A stretch of DNA of 64,000 nucleotides. It comes from Gemmatimonadaceae bacterium (lineage in GTDB: Bacteria; Gemmatimonadota; Gemmatimonadetes; Gemmatimonadales; Gemmatimonadaceae). Shown in pieces: positions 50,477-59,605 of this stretch; positions within the stretch are counted from its first letter, which is position 1, and every line of letters begins with the position of its first letter. The notes under the pieces were generated by a model. That model saw nothing but the letters and a program-made list of their open reading frames with translations, made no database searches and was not told the DNA's origin. The stretch spans positions 782 through 64,781 of the forward strand of contig JBPPMH010000100.1 of assembly GCA_051305945.1 (NCBI GenBank), in the 5' to 3' direction. Position numbers and translations under genes: made by a program.

Positions 50477-51889
50477 ATGGCCACTAAAGTCGTGATGGAG
50501 GCGCTCTCGCCGACGATGGAAGAGGGCCGTCTCGTCAAATGGACGAAGAACGAAGGTGACGCGGTCAAGTCCGGCGAGATCCTCGCCGAGGTGGAAACCG
50601 ACAAGGCCGTGATGGAGCTGGTCGCGCGCGGCGACGGCGTCCTGCGCAAGCGGCTGATCAACGAGGGCGACACCGCCCCCGTGGGCCAGCTGATCGCGAT
50701 CGTGGCCGCGGCCGACGAGAACATCGACGAGCTGGCGGGTGGCGGGGCCGCGGCGCCGCCGGCAGCCAAGCCAGAAGAGGCTGCGCCGGAATCCGGCGCA
50801 GGCAAGACCGAAGGGGCTGCAGCGCCCGCCGAACCGCCCGCGGACCGCGTAGCCGACGGCCGAACCTCCGTTCCCGAAGACGCCTCGCACTCCCAGGGCG
50901 AGGCCTCAATGCCCCCGCAGGAACGCGACCGGAGAGGCGCGGAGCGATTCGCGACCGATTCGCGCGGTGCCGCGGTCGGCGGAGGCCAGGCGGAGCCCGG
51001 CGATCGCGTGCGCTCTTCCCCGCTGGCGCGAAAGCTCGCTTCCGACCGCGGCGTCGAGCTGGGAGGCATTCAGGGATCGGGCCCGGGCGGCCGCATCGTC
51101 AAGCGCGACATCGAGCAGGCCGCGACTCAGCCGCAGCGCGGCGCGGCAGCGGCGGGCACGCACCGCGCCGCGGCTCCGGTGGCCGAGCGGAAGATCTCCA
51201 CCGAGGGTGATTACCAGGACATCCCACTCACGCAGATCCGCAAGACGATCGCGCGCCGGCTCGCCGAGTCCATCGGCCCTGTGCCGACTTTCTATCTCAC
51301 CGCCGAGCTCGATGTCGAGCGCGTCGCGGAGATGCGCGAAGCGATGATCGAGCTCGGCGACCAGTACAAGGTCTCGTTCAACGACATCGTGCTGAAGGCA
51401 GCGGCTACCGCGCTCCAACAGCACCCGGAAGTGAACGCGCACTGGCTCGGCGACAAGATGCGCTACTTCAACCGCGTGCACGTGGGAATGGCCGTGGCCG
51501 TCGAGGACGGGCTCATCACGCCGGTCATCTTCGACGCCGACAAAAAGGGCCTCGCCGACATATCGCGCGAGGCGCGCGAGCTCGCCAAGCGCGCCCGCGA
51601 CCGGAAGCTCAAGCCCGACGAATACACGGGCGCCACGTTCTCCGTGTCGAACCTCGGGATGTTCGGGATCGAGCACTTTACCGCGATCATCAATCCGCCC
51701 GAAGCCGCGATCCTCGCCGTCGGCGGCGTGGAGGAGCGCGTCGTGGCGGTGGACGGCGCGCCCGCCATCCGCAAGCGGATGACCGTGACGATGAGCTGCG
51801 ATCACCGCGTCATTGACGGCGCCACGGGCGCGAAGTTCCTGCAGACACTTCGCCGTCTCATCGAGAATCCGCTCATGCTCGTCTACTGA
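50477..51889 (+). CDS. Dihydrolipoamide acyltransferase E2
   Basis: It has a lipoyl domain (EVETDKAVMEL), an E3-binding domain (SSPLARKLASDRGVELGGIQGSGPGGRIVKRDIE) and a catalytic DHRVIDG. Confidence 0.9.
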   Translation: MATKVVMEALSPTMEEGRLVKWTKNEGDAVKSGEILAEVETDKAVMELVARGDGVLRKRLINEGDTAPVGQLIAIVAAADENIDELAGGGAAAPPAAKPEEAAPESGAGKTEGAAAPAEPPADRVADGRTSVPEDASHSQGEASMPPQERDRRGAERFATDSRGAAVGGGQAEPGDRVRSSPLARKLASDRGVELGGIQGSGPGGRIVKRDIEQAATQPQRGAAAAGTHRAAAPVAERKISTEGDYQDIPLTQIRKTIARRLAESIGPVPTFYLTAELDVERVAEMREAMIELGDQYKVSFNDIVLKAAATALQQHPEVNAHWLGDKMRYFNRVHVGMAVAVEDGLITPVIFDADKKGLADISREARELAKRARDRKLKPDEYTGATFSVSNLGMFGIEHFTAIINPPEAAILAVGGVEERVVAVDGAPAIRKRMTVTMSCDHRVIDGATGAKFLQTLRRLIENPLMLVY

Positions 51890-51890
51890 G

Positions 51891-51920
51891 CCAACAGCCA
51901 ACAGCCAAGAGCCAACAGCT
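51891..51920. repeat. Heptamer tandem repeat CCAACAG CCAACAG CCAAGAG CCAACAG ct, filling the E2-lpd intergenic gap
   Basis: Read directly. It runs from 2 nt after the E2 TGA up to the lpd ATG at 51921. Confidence 0.9.
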
Positions 51921-53324
51921 ATGTCTTCCTTTGACGTGATCTTCATCGGCGGCGGACCGGCCGGGTATGTCGGCGCCATTCGCAGCGCGCAGCTCGGCAT
52001 GTCGGTCGCGGTCGTCGAGCGCGACGGACTCGGCGGCACCTGCGTGTTGTGGGGATGCATCCCCGCCAAGGCGCTGCTCGAGGCGGCTTCGATCGCCAAT
52101 CGCGTGAAGCACGCGGCCGACTTCGGCGTGAACGTCGGCGAGATCAAGCTCGACTACTCCGTGGCCATGAAGCGCTCACGCGCGGTCAGTACGCAGAACT
52201 CGAAGGGCGTGGAGTTCCTCTTCAAGAAGAACAAGATCACGCACATCAAGGGCACGGCGAGGCTCGCGGGCAAGAACTCCGTCTCGGTCAAGACCGCGGA
52301 CGGGAAGGAAGAGAAGCACGACGCGAAGAAAGCGATCGTCGTCTCCACCGGCTCGCGGGTGAAGGGCCTGCCGCAGGCCGGCCTCGAGCTCAACAAGACC
52401 ACCGTCATCTCGTCCGACGAGGCGCTCGTCCTGGAGCAGGCGCCGAAGACAATGGCGATCGTCGGCGCGGGCGCGGTCGGCTGCGAGTTCGCGGACGTGT
52501 TCAACGCCTTCGGCACGGCGGTGACGCTGATAGACATCGCGCCGGTGATTCTCCCGCTCGAGGACGCCGACTGCTCAGCCGAGCTGACGAAGGCGTTCAA
52601 GAAGCGGAAGATCGACGTGATCACTGGCGCGAAGATCTCCAACGTGAAGGTCGGCAAGAGCTCGGTGAAGCTGAGCGTGGAGGCCGGCGGCAAGAAGACC
52701 GATCTGGAAGTGGAGAAGGTGCTCGTGGCCGCTGGACGCGCGCCGAACATCGACGACATCGGCCTCAAGGAGGCGGGAGTCAAGATCAACGAGCGCGGCT
52801 TCGTCGAGATTAACGAGCGGATGGAGACGAGCGCGAAGGGCATTTACGCCATCGGCGACGTGGCCGGCCCGCCGATGCTCGCGCACAAGGGCTCGCGCGA
52901 GGGCTTGGTGCTCGCGGAGATCCTGGCGGGCCACGCGACGCACGGGGTCAACTACTCCAACATCCCGAACGCGACCTACTGTCATCCAGAGGTCGCGTCC
53001 ATCGGCCTGACCGAGCAGCAGTGCAAGGAAAAGAAGCTCGAGTACAAGGTCGGCAGGTTTCCCTTCTCCGCCAACGGCCGCGCGCGCACGTCAGGCGAAA
53101 CGGAAGGATTCGTAAAGATCATTCGCGACGCCAAGTACGGCGAGATCCTCGGCGCCCACATCGTCGGCGCGCACGCCACGGAGCTGATTCACGAGCTGGC
53201 TGTCGCGCGGGAGAACGAGTTCACGGTAGAGGAGATTGATCTCGCGGTTCATGCTCATCCCACGCTGGCGGAGGCTGTGGCGGAAGCGGCGCTGGATTCG
53301 CTTGGCAGGTTGATTCACGCCTGA
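51921..53324 (+). CDS. lpdA: Dihydrolipoyl dehydrogenase E3
   Basis: I chose the ATG at 51921. It has FDVIFIGGGPAGYVGA, the redox-active GGTCVLWGCIPAK and the C-terminal HAHPTLAE. Confidence 0.95.
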   Translation: MSSFDVIFIGGGPAGYVGAIRSAQLGMSVAVVERDGLGGTCVLWGCIPAKALLEAASIANRVKHAADFGVNVGEIKLDYSVAMKRSRAVSTQNSKGVEFLFKKNKITHIKGTARLAGKNSVSVKTADGKEEKHDAKKAIVVSTGSRVKGLPQAGLELNKTTVISSDEALVLEQAPKTMAIVGAGAVGCEFADVFNAFGTAVTLIDIAPVILPLEDADCSAELTKAFKKRKIDVITGAKISNVKVGKSSVKLSVEAGGKKTDLEVEKVLVAAGRAPNIDDIGLKEAGVKINERGFVEINERMETSAKGIYAIGDVAGPPMLAHKGSREGLVLAEILAGHATHGVNYSNIPNATYCHPEVASIGLTEQQCKEKKLEYKVGRFPFSANGRARTSGETEGFVKIIRDAKYGEILGAHIVGAHATELIHELAVARENEFTVEEIDLAVHAHPTLAEAVAEAALDSLGRLIHA

Positions 53325-53349
53325 TTGGTGACTAGTCACTAGTCACCAA
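53325..53349. repeat. Perfect 25-nt palindrome TTGGTGACTAGT-C-ACTAGTCACCAA ((GTCACTA)-type units)
   Basis: Read directly. It occupies the whole gap between the lpd TGA (53322-24) and the lipB ATG (53351), apart from 1 nt. Confidence 0.95.
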
Positions 53350-53350
53350 C

Positions 53351-54025
53351 ATGCCCCAGCTCTGGACCGCCGCGCTCGGCACAATGCCCTACGGCGAAGC
53401 GCTGGAGCTGCAGCGCGCCGTGGCCGCAGATCGCATCTCCGGAAAGATTCCCGAGGACGTGCTGCTGCTCGTGGAGCATCCGCCCGTCGTCACTCTGGGA
53501 AGGTCCAGCAAGGACGCGCACCTCACGGCGTCGCCCGAACTGTTGAAGCTGCGCGGCGTCGGGCTGTTCGAGGTTGAGCGCGGCGGCGACGTGACGTTTC
53601 ACGGCCCCGGACAGCTCGTCGGCTACCCGATCATCGACCTCAAGCGGCACAAGCAGGATCTGCACTGGTATCTGCGAACGGTCGAGCAGGCGCTCATAGA
53701 CACGCTGGAAGCGCTCGGAATCGCCGCGGGGCGGAACACCGGCTACACCGGCGTATGGACGGGCGGGAAGAAGATCGCGTCCATAGGCGTCCACGCGCGC
53801 GACTGGGTGACGTGGCACGGCTTCGCTCTCAACGTGACCACGGACCTCTCGTACTTCGACCTGATCGTCCCGTGCGGAATTCAGGACGTGACGATGACCT
53901 CGATCGCGCGCGAGCTGCCCGCGGGCGAGGTGGCCTTCGAGCGCGTCGCGAAGACGGTCACGAACGCGCTCGCAAAGCTCCTCGAGCTCACCCCGGTATC
54001 GGTGTCGCCAGGTCAGTTACGCTGA
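53351..54025 (+). CDS. lipB: Octanoyltransferase LipB
   Basis: It reads ...LLLVEHPPVVTLGR...RGGDVTFHGPGQLVGYPI...KIASIGV...HGFALNV. Confidence 0.9.
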   Translation: MPQLWTAALGTMPYGEALELQRAVAADRISGKIPEDVLLLVEHPPVVTLGRSSKDAHLTASPELLKLRGVGLFEVERGGDVTFHGPGQLVGYPIIDLKRHKQDLHWYLRTVEQALIDTLEALGIAAGRNTGYTGVWTGGKKIASIGVHARDWVTWHGFALNVTTDLSYFDLIVPCGIQDVTMTSIARELPAGEVAFERVAKTVTNALAKLLELTPVSVSPGQLR

Positions 54026-54071
54026 GTCTGTCAAAGGTCTGCACATCGGGTGCAGCCGTATATTTTGAGAA

Positions 54072-56147
54072 GTGACCGATATACCGCGCACCTATCAGCG
54101 CCGCGCGCGCGTCGCCGATCCCGCGGCGGCACGGAGCGACCTCGCCGCCGACCTCAATCCCGTCCAAGCCGCGGCGGCGACGCACGGCGACGGCCCGCTG
54201 CTGATCATCGCTGGCGCCGGCACCGGCAAGACGCGCACGCTGGTGTATCGCGTGGCGCATCTCATCGAGCGCGGCGTCAGGCCGGAGAGAATCCTGCTGC
54301 TCACCTTCACCCGCCGCGCTTCGCAGGAGATGCTGTCGCGCGCGGAGCGGCTGGCCGGCGGGAGCAGTCGCAGCGTGCACGGCGGAACGTTCCACGCCAC
54401 GGGGCACCGATTGCTACGGCGCTTCGGCGAGAGCGCCGGAATCCCGAAGGACTTCAGCATCATGGATCAGGGCGACTCCGAGGACCTGATGCAGCTCTCA
54501 CGCGCGCAGCTCGGCTACGCCAAAGGCGCGAAGCGGTTTCCCAAGAAGGAGACGCTGCAATACGTGTACTCCAGGCACGTGAACACGGGCTTCGAGATAA
54601 AGGAGATCATCCGCGACGAGTACCCGCAGTTCACCGACTACATCGACGATTTCCGCAAGATCTACGGTGATTACACCAAGCGGAAGCACGAGCGAAACCT
54701 CGTGGACTACGACGACCTGCTGCTGTTCTGGGCGGGGCTGCTGGAGGAAGCGCCGGCGCTCGCCGACCGGATCGCCGCGCTGTACGACCACATCCTGGTG
54801 GACGAGTACCAGGACACGAACGCGCTGCAGGCGCGCATCCTCCGCGGCATGTGCCGCACGCACTCCAACATCACCGTCGTCGGCGACGACGCGCAGAGCA
54901 TCTACTCTTTCCGCGGCGCCAACTTCCGCAACATTCTCGATTTCCCCGGGCAGTTCCCCGGCACGACGGTCGTGGCGCTCGAGCAGAACTACCGCTCCAC
55001 ACCGGAGATACTCGACGCGACCAACGAGCTGATTGCGCGGGCGCAGGAACGGTTCACCAAGCAGCTCTGGACCGAGCGGTCGGTCGGGGAGAAGCCGTGG
55101 CTCGTGGCCGCGCGCGACGAGCAACAGCAGACCATTTTCGTGGTGGACCGCATCCTCGAGCTGCACGAGGAGGGAATGAACCTGCGCGACATGGCCGTGC
55201 TGTTCCGCGCGGGATACATGTCGGCGGATCTCGAGATCGAGCTGACCAACCGCAAGATCCCGTTCGAGAAGTGGGGCGGGATCAAGTTCCTCGAGACGGC
55301 GCACGTTAAGGACGTGCTCGCGTTCCTGCGCATCCTGGAGAACCCGCGCGACGAAGTGAGCTGGTATCGGATCCTCCAGCTGCTGCCGGGCATCGGCGAG
55401 ACGACGGCGCGCGCGGCGATTGACTCGATGGCCGCCCTGGCGTGGGAGTCCGGCGCGTTCGGCCGCTTCAACCCGCCCGCCCGCGCGCGCGCGGCCCACA
55501 CGGCCCTCGTAGCGTTGCTCGACAGACTGCGCACGGGCGAGAGCGCCGACGCGGGTTCGGTGAGCGCGGAGATCGCCGGCGTGCGATCCATGTACGACGG
55601 CATTCTCAAGGAGCGTTACGACCGCGCGGAGCCGCGACTCGCCGACCTCGACCAGCTCCAGGTCATCGCCGCTGGCTACCCCGACCGCGAAGCGTTTCTC
55701 TCGGCGCTCGCCCTGGAGCCGCCGCAGGCGACGCAGGACCTGGTCGGCGACAAGTCCCGCAGCGAGGACGACTGCCTCGTGCTGAGCACCGCGCACTCCG
55801 CCAAGGGAAAGGAGTGGAACGCCGTGTTCGTCATCTGGGCGCTCGACGGCTGGTTCCCATCCTCGCGCTCGCTGTCGGACCCCGAGCAGCTGGAGGAGGA
55901 GCGCCGCCTGATGTACGTGGCGATGACCCGCGCGCGTGACCACCTCGCGGTGATCTACCCCTTGAACAGCTACGGCTCGCGCATGGGCTCCGATTATTTC
56001 GTCGCCCAGCTCTCACGCTTCATCGACGCCGGCGTGCGCGAGAAGATGGAGCGCGTCACCCTGGCCGCCCCACCAATTGAGCAGGCCCCCGAGACCCAGC
56101 TCCCGACCGTCGATCTCCGCGCCCTTCTCCGCGGCCGCTTCGGGTAG
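54072..56147 (+). CDS. UvrD/Rep/PcrA-family ATP-dependent DNA helicase
   Basis: It has LNPVQAAAA, the Walker A AGAGTGKTRTL, DEYQDTN, and the later motifs VVGDDAQSIYSFRGA, TAHSAKGKEW and YVAMTRAR. The start is a GTG. Confidence 0.9.
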   Translation: MTDIPRTYQRRARVADPAAARSDLAADLNPVQAAAATHGDGPLLIIAGAGTGKTRTLVYRVAHLIERGVRPERILLLTFTRRASQEMLSRAERLAGGSSRSVHGGTFHATGHRLLRRFGESAGIPKDFSIMDQGDSEDLMQLSRAQLGYAKGAKRFPKKETLQYVYSRHVNTGFEIKEIIRDEYPQFTDYIDDFRKIYGDYTKRKHERNLVDYDDLLLFWAGLLEEAPALADRIAALYDHILVDEYQDTNALQARILRGMCRTHSNITVVGDDAQSIYSFRGANFRNILDFPGQFPGTTVVALEQNYRSTPEILDATNELIARAQERFTKQLWTERSVGEKPWLVAARDEQQQTIFVVDRILELHEEGMNLRDMAVLFRAGYMSADLEIELTNRKIPFEKWGGIKFLETAHVKDVLAFLRILENPRDEVSWYRILQLLPGIGETTARAAIDSMAALAWESGAFGRFNPPARARAAHTALVALLDRLRTGESADAGSVSAEIAGVRSMYDGILKERYDRAEPRLADLDQLQVIAAGYPDREAFLSALALEPPQATQDLVGDKSRSEDDCLVLSTAHSAKGKEWNAVFVIWALDGWFPSSRSLSDPEQLEEERRLMYVAMTRARDHLAVIYPLNSYGSRMGSDYFVAQLSRFIDAGVREKMERVTLAAPPIEQAPETQLPTVDLRALLRGRFG

Positions 56148-56163
56148 TTCCTATGTCTTGGCA

Positions 56164-56197
56164 GTTACTAGTCACTAGTCACTAATCACTAGTCACC
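56164..56197. repeat. Heptamer tandem repeat GTTACTA GTCACTA GTCACTA ATCACTA GTCACC followed by TTTTT
   Basis: Read directly. It lies between convergent uvrD-like and aminopeptidase genes. Its last unit supplies the aminopeptidase codons ...GD and the TAG stop on the minus strand. Confidence 0.9.
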
Positions 56198-57298
56198 TTT
56201 TTCAAGCGCCCCCACCCATTCTCGAATGGCGCTAAACGGATCCCCCGGCGACGCCTTCGCCAGCCGAATCACTCGAGTGATGGTCGCCCGGAGATCGCGG
56301 TCCTCCGCCCGATAGACTTCATCGAACAGTGCCAGCTCGTTCGCGTACACCACCCGCGCCAGCACGTACGCATTGTTCAGCGGCACCCGCTCGGCGTACC
56401 ACGGACCAATCGTGCGGAGCAGCGGTCCGACGCTGTCCCTCAGCGCGACTCGCGCATTGGCATAGACCGTGTCGCGCACGAGCAGCCGCCTCTCCCGGCT
56501 CCCGGGATGCGCGGCGAACGCCGAGTCCAGCGACCGCGAGAGGGACGCCCAGAAAGAGCTCAGCACCTTCTGATCCTGCCACGCGGCGTCGCTCATCGCC
56601 GCGGCCTCGACCGACCCACGGGACCGAAAAAACCGCTCCGCGCCGCGCGCCCCGACGAAGCTGGCGAAGGATTCGTTGAACACGGCCTGCCCCTTGGGGA
56701 AGTAGGTGCTGTGGGTGATCTCGTGTATGACGGTGTTCACGAGGTCCAGCGAGTCGTGGCGCAGCGTGGTGCTGAGCAAAGGATCGTCGAACCAACCCAG
56801 CGTGCTGAACGCGTCGGATGTGCGGAGGTAGGTGTCGTAGCCATTCGCCTCGAGCTCGCGCCTGGCGTCGAGCGCGTCCGACAGGTCGAAGAACCCCCGG
56901 TATGGGAGTCGCCCCACGACCGGGTACCGCCAGCTGTAGCCGGCAAGCGTGTCGCGTCGCGCCGCGCTGAGCACCAGGACGAGCGTGTCGCGGCCGATGT
57001 CGGAATAGGTCGTAAAGCTCGCCCCCGCGTCGAGCCCCAGGGAGTCCAGCGCGTACCGGCGCGCGGACACCACGAGCCGCAACTTGAGCTTCACCGAGTC
57101 CGCGACGGTGCGGTCCTCCAACAGTTCGGGAATGGGGCGGCGGGCGGCCAGGATCCGGGCCTCCTCGACGGCCGCCCGGGCCAGATAACAGCCCTGGATC
57201 AACACCAGGCCCGTCAACAGCAACGCCCCACCGGAACGCCGCGCTGAAGCGCTCCGCCGCGGGTTCGGGGTAGGGGCGCATCTCGGTAACTGTGCCAT
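56189..57298 (-). CDS. Putative zinc aminopeptidase lipoprotein (HExxH)
   Basis: It has a lipobox-like LVLIQGC and the metal motif NTVIHEITHSTYF. It resembles the putative-aminopeptidase family (the PF10023 assignment is from memory). Confidence 0.65.
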   Translation of the reverse strand: MAQLPRCAPTPNPRRSASARRSGGALLLTGLVLIQGCYLARAAVEEARILAARRPIPELLEDRTVADSVKLKLRLVVSARRYALDSLGLDAGASFTTYSDIGRDTLVLVLSAARRDTLAGYSWRYPVVGRLPYRGFFDLSDALDARRELEANGYDTYLRTSDAFSTLGWFDDPLLSTTLRHDSLDLVNTVIHEITHSTYFPKGQAVFNESFASFVGARGAERFFRSRGSVEAAAMSDAAWQDQKVLSSFWASLSRSLDSAFAAHPGSRERRLLVRDTVYANARVALRDSVGPLLRTIGPWYAERVPLNNAYVLARVVYANELALFDEVYRAEDRDLRATITRVIRLAKASPGDPFSAIREWVGALEKGD

Positions 57299-57358
57299 TC
57301 TTGCGCTGTCCGTGAGAGACGCCGCAGGTTGGCCCCTGCGAACCCGGGTACCCTTTCT

Positions 57359-57364
57359 TATAAT
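57359..57364 (+). promoter_or_regulatory. Possible -10 hexamer TATAAT upstream of the Big_2 gene
   Basis: This is a perfect TATAAT in an otherwise GC-rich intergenic region. It sits 27 nt before the TTG start, with GGAG at 57380-83. The -35 is weak (CTGCGA at 17-nt spacing). Confidence 0.3.
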
Positions 57365-57390
57365 ACAAAGAACCCCATCGGAGCAGACAA

Positions 57391-57777
57391 TTGTCGAGAA
57401 AAATGTTCGTGCGGATCGTGGCGGTTTCGCTTGTCACGGGTGCGACGCTCGCCTGCGACGATAAGCTCGACCCGAGGTCGTCTGAAGTGGCCCAGGTTCT
57501 TGTCGCGGGTGCCGTAACCGATGTTCTGATCGGCCAGAGCATTCATTTTGAGGGCAGGGCGGCCACGTTCGCCGCCGTGCGCGTCGACAGCCTCGTCACC
57601 TGGTCAATCTCCGATGCGAGCATAGCGACCCTCACCAGCGGGATGACGACGGTCGGAGGCACGAGGATGAATCGCGCTACGGTGACCGGAGTTAGCACGG
57701 GTCAGGTCGAGCTGATCGGCACGGCCGGGGCGGCGGCCGATACGGTGGAGATCACGGTGCGGCGCTTCGGCGCTTAG
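57391..57777 (+). CDS. Ig-like (Big_2) domain lipoprotein
   Basis: It has the signal/lipobox VAVSLVTGATLAC, then ...VTWSISDASIATL...ATVTGVSTGQVELIGTAG. Confidence 0.6.
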   Translation: MSRKMFVRIVAVSLVTGATLACDDKLDPRSSEVAQVLVAGAVTDVLIGQSIHFEGRAATFAAVRVDSLVTWSISDASIATLTSGMTTVGGTRMNRATVTGVSTGQVELIGTAGAAADTVEITVRRFGA

Positions 57778-57784
57778 GCCGCTT

Positions 57785-59605
57785 GTGCCGGGCGGATACC
57801 TCCTGGGAATATCCGCGTTTTATCACGACAGCGCCGCATGCCTGATTCGTGACGACAACGTCCTTGCGGCTTCGCAAGAGGAGCGGTTCAGCAGGGTAAA
57901 GGGCGACGAGCGGTTTCCGGCGCGAGCCGCAGCGTACTGCCTGCGATCGGCCGGGATCACGCCGGCCGATCTCGAGGCGGTCGTGTTTTACGAGAAGCCG
58001 CTGCTCAAGTTCGAGCGGCTGCTCGAGACGTACATGGACGTCGCCCCCCGGGGGTTCGCCTCCTTCCGTCGCGCCGGGCCGCTGTGGATGAGGGAGCGGC
58101 TGTTCGCGGAACGGCAGATCCGCGATGGCCTCGGGGGCTACGCCGGAATGCTGCTCTACGCCGAGCACCACGAGTCCCACGCGGCGAGCGCGTTCTTCCC
58201 TTCACCGTTCGACGAGGCGGCGATCCTCACCATCGACGGAGTGGGTGAGTGGGCCACGGCGACGATCGGCGTCGGCCGCGGCGCGGAAATGGAGCTGCTG
58301 GAGGAGATGCGCTTCCCCGACTCGCTGGGCCTGCTGTACTCCGCATTCACCTACCAGGCCGGCTTCAAGGTCAACAGCGGCGAGTACAAGCTGATGGGGC
58401 TCGCTCCGTTCGGGGAGCCGCGGTACGTGGAGAGGATCTATTCGCAGCTCCTGCGGCGCCACGACGACGGGTCGTTTGCGCTGGATCAGAAATACTTCGA
58501 TTACCGGGGCGGCCTGCGGATGACGAACCGCCGGTTCGACCGCCTGTTCGACGGCCCGCCGCGCCGCCCTGAGGGCCCCCTCACCCAACGTGAGATGGAT
58601 CTTGCCCGCTCGGTGCAGGTGGTGACAGAGGACATCGTGCTGCGCATGGCGGCGCACGCGCACGAGCGGACGGGGCTCGACAAGTTGTGCATGGCGGGGG
58701 GAGTGGCGCTGAACGCGGTCGCCAACGGCCGCCTTCTGCGCGAAGGCCCCTTCGCCGAGGTCTGGGTGCAGCCGGCCTCGGGCGATGCGGGTGGCGCCTT
58801 GGGCGCCGCGCTGCTCGCTGGTCACCGGTATTTCGGACGCGCGAGAGCGTCACGCCACGGCCGGGACTCCATGTCCGCGGCCCTACTCGGCCCGGAGTTC
58901 GGACCCGACGAGATCAGATCGGCGCTGGACGAGGCCGGGGCGTCGTACGGGGAAGTGACCGGCGGGAGCCCGGGCGAGGCGGCCGCCGGGCTGGTGGCCG
59001 AAGGCGAGGTCGTGGGCTGGTTCCAGGGCCGAATGGAGTTCGGTCCCCGCGCGCTGGGCGCGCGCAGCATTCTGGCAGACGCCCGCGAGCCGGGAATGCA
59101 GTCGCGGCTGAACCGGAAGATCAAGTTTCGCGAGGGGTTCCGTCCCTTCGCGCCCGCCGTGCTGGCCGAGCGCGCGAGCGATTACTTCGACATTAAAGCG
59201 ACCTCGCCCTACATGACCTTCGTGTTTCCCCTGGCGCAACCCCGCAGGCGCGAGCCCGCCCACGGCGCCCCGGGGCTGGCCCGCGTGCACGAAGTCCGCT
59301 CCGACATCCCCGCGGTCACCCACCTCGATTATTCGGCGCGCGTGCAAACAGTCGCCGGGGGGGACAATCCGGCGTTTCACGGGTTGATCTCGAGCTTCGC
59401 CGCGAGGACGGGATGTCCGCTCGTGGTCAACACGTCGTTCAACGTTCGCGGCGAGCCGATCGTCTGCACCCCGCGGGACGCGTTCGCGTGCTTCGCGCGG
59501 ACGAAGATGGACGCTCTCGTAATCGGTCCCTTTCTCGTCCGCCGCTCGGAGCAGAGCGAAGCAACAGTGGCGGCGGCCGGCTCCGCCGTGCTCGCGCTCG
59601 ACTGA
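57785..59605 (+). CDS. Carbamoyltransferase (NodU/CmcH family)
   Basis: It reads LGISAFYHDSAACLIRDDNVLAASQEERFSRVKGD..FP and has the C-terminal LVVNTSFNVRGEPIV. Confidence 0.9.
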   Translation: MPGGYLLGISAFYHDSAACLIRDDNVLAASQEERFSRVKGDERFPARAAAYCLRSAGITPADLEAVVFYEKPLLKFERLLETYMDVAPRGFASFRRAGPLWMRERLFAERQIRDGLGGYAGMLLYAEHHESHAASAFFPSPFDEAAILTIDGVGEWATATIGVGRGAEMELLEEMRFPDSLGLLYSAFTYQAGFKVNSGEYKLMGLAPFGEPRYVERIYSQLLRRHDDGSFALDQKYFDYRGGLRMTNRRFDRLFDGPPRRPEGPLTQREMDLARSVQVVTEDIVLRMAAHAHERTGLDKLCMAGGVALNAVANGRLLREGPFAEVWVQPASGDAGGALGAALLAGHRYFGRARASRHGRDSMSAALLGPEFGPDEIRSALDEAGASYGEVTGGSPGEAAAGLVAEGEVVGWFQGRMEFGPRALGARSILADAREPGMQSRLNRKIKFREGFRPFAPAVLAERASDYFDIKATSPYMTFVFPLAQPRRREPAHGAPGLARVHEVRSDIPAVTHLDYSARVQTVAGGDNPAFHGLISSFAARTGCPLVVNTSFNVRGEPIVCTPRDAFACFARTKMDALVIGPFLVRRSEQSEATVAAAGSAVLALD

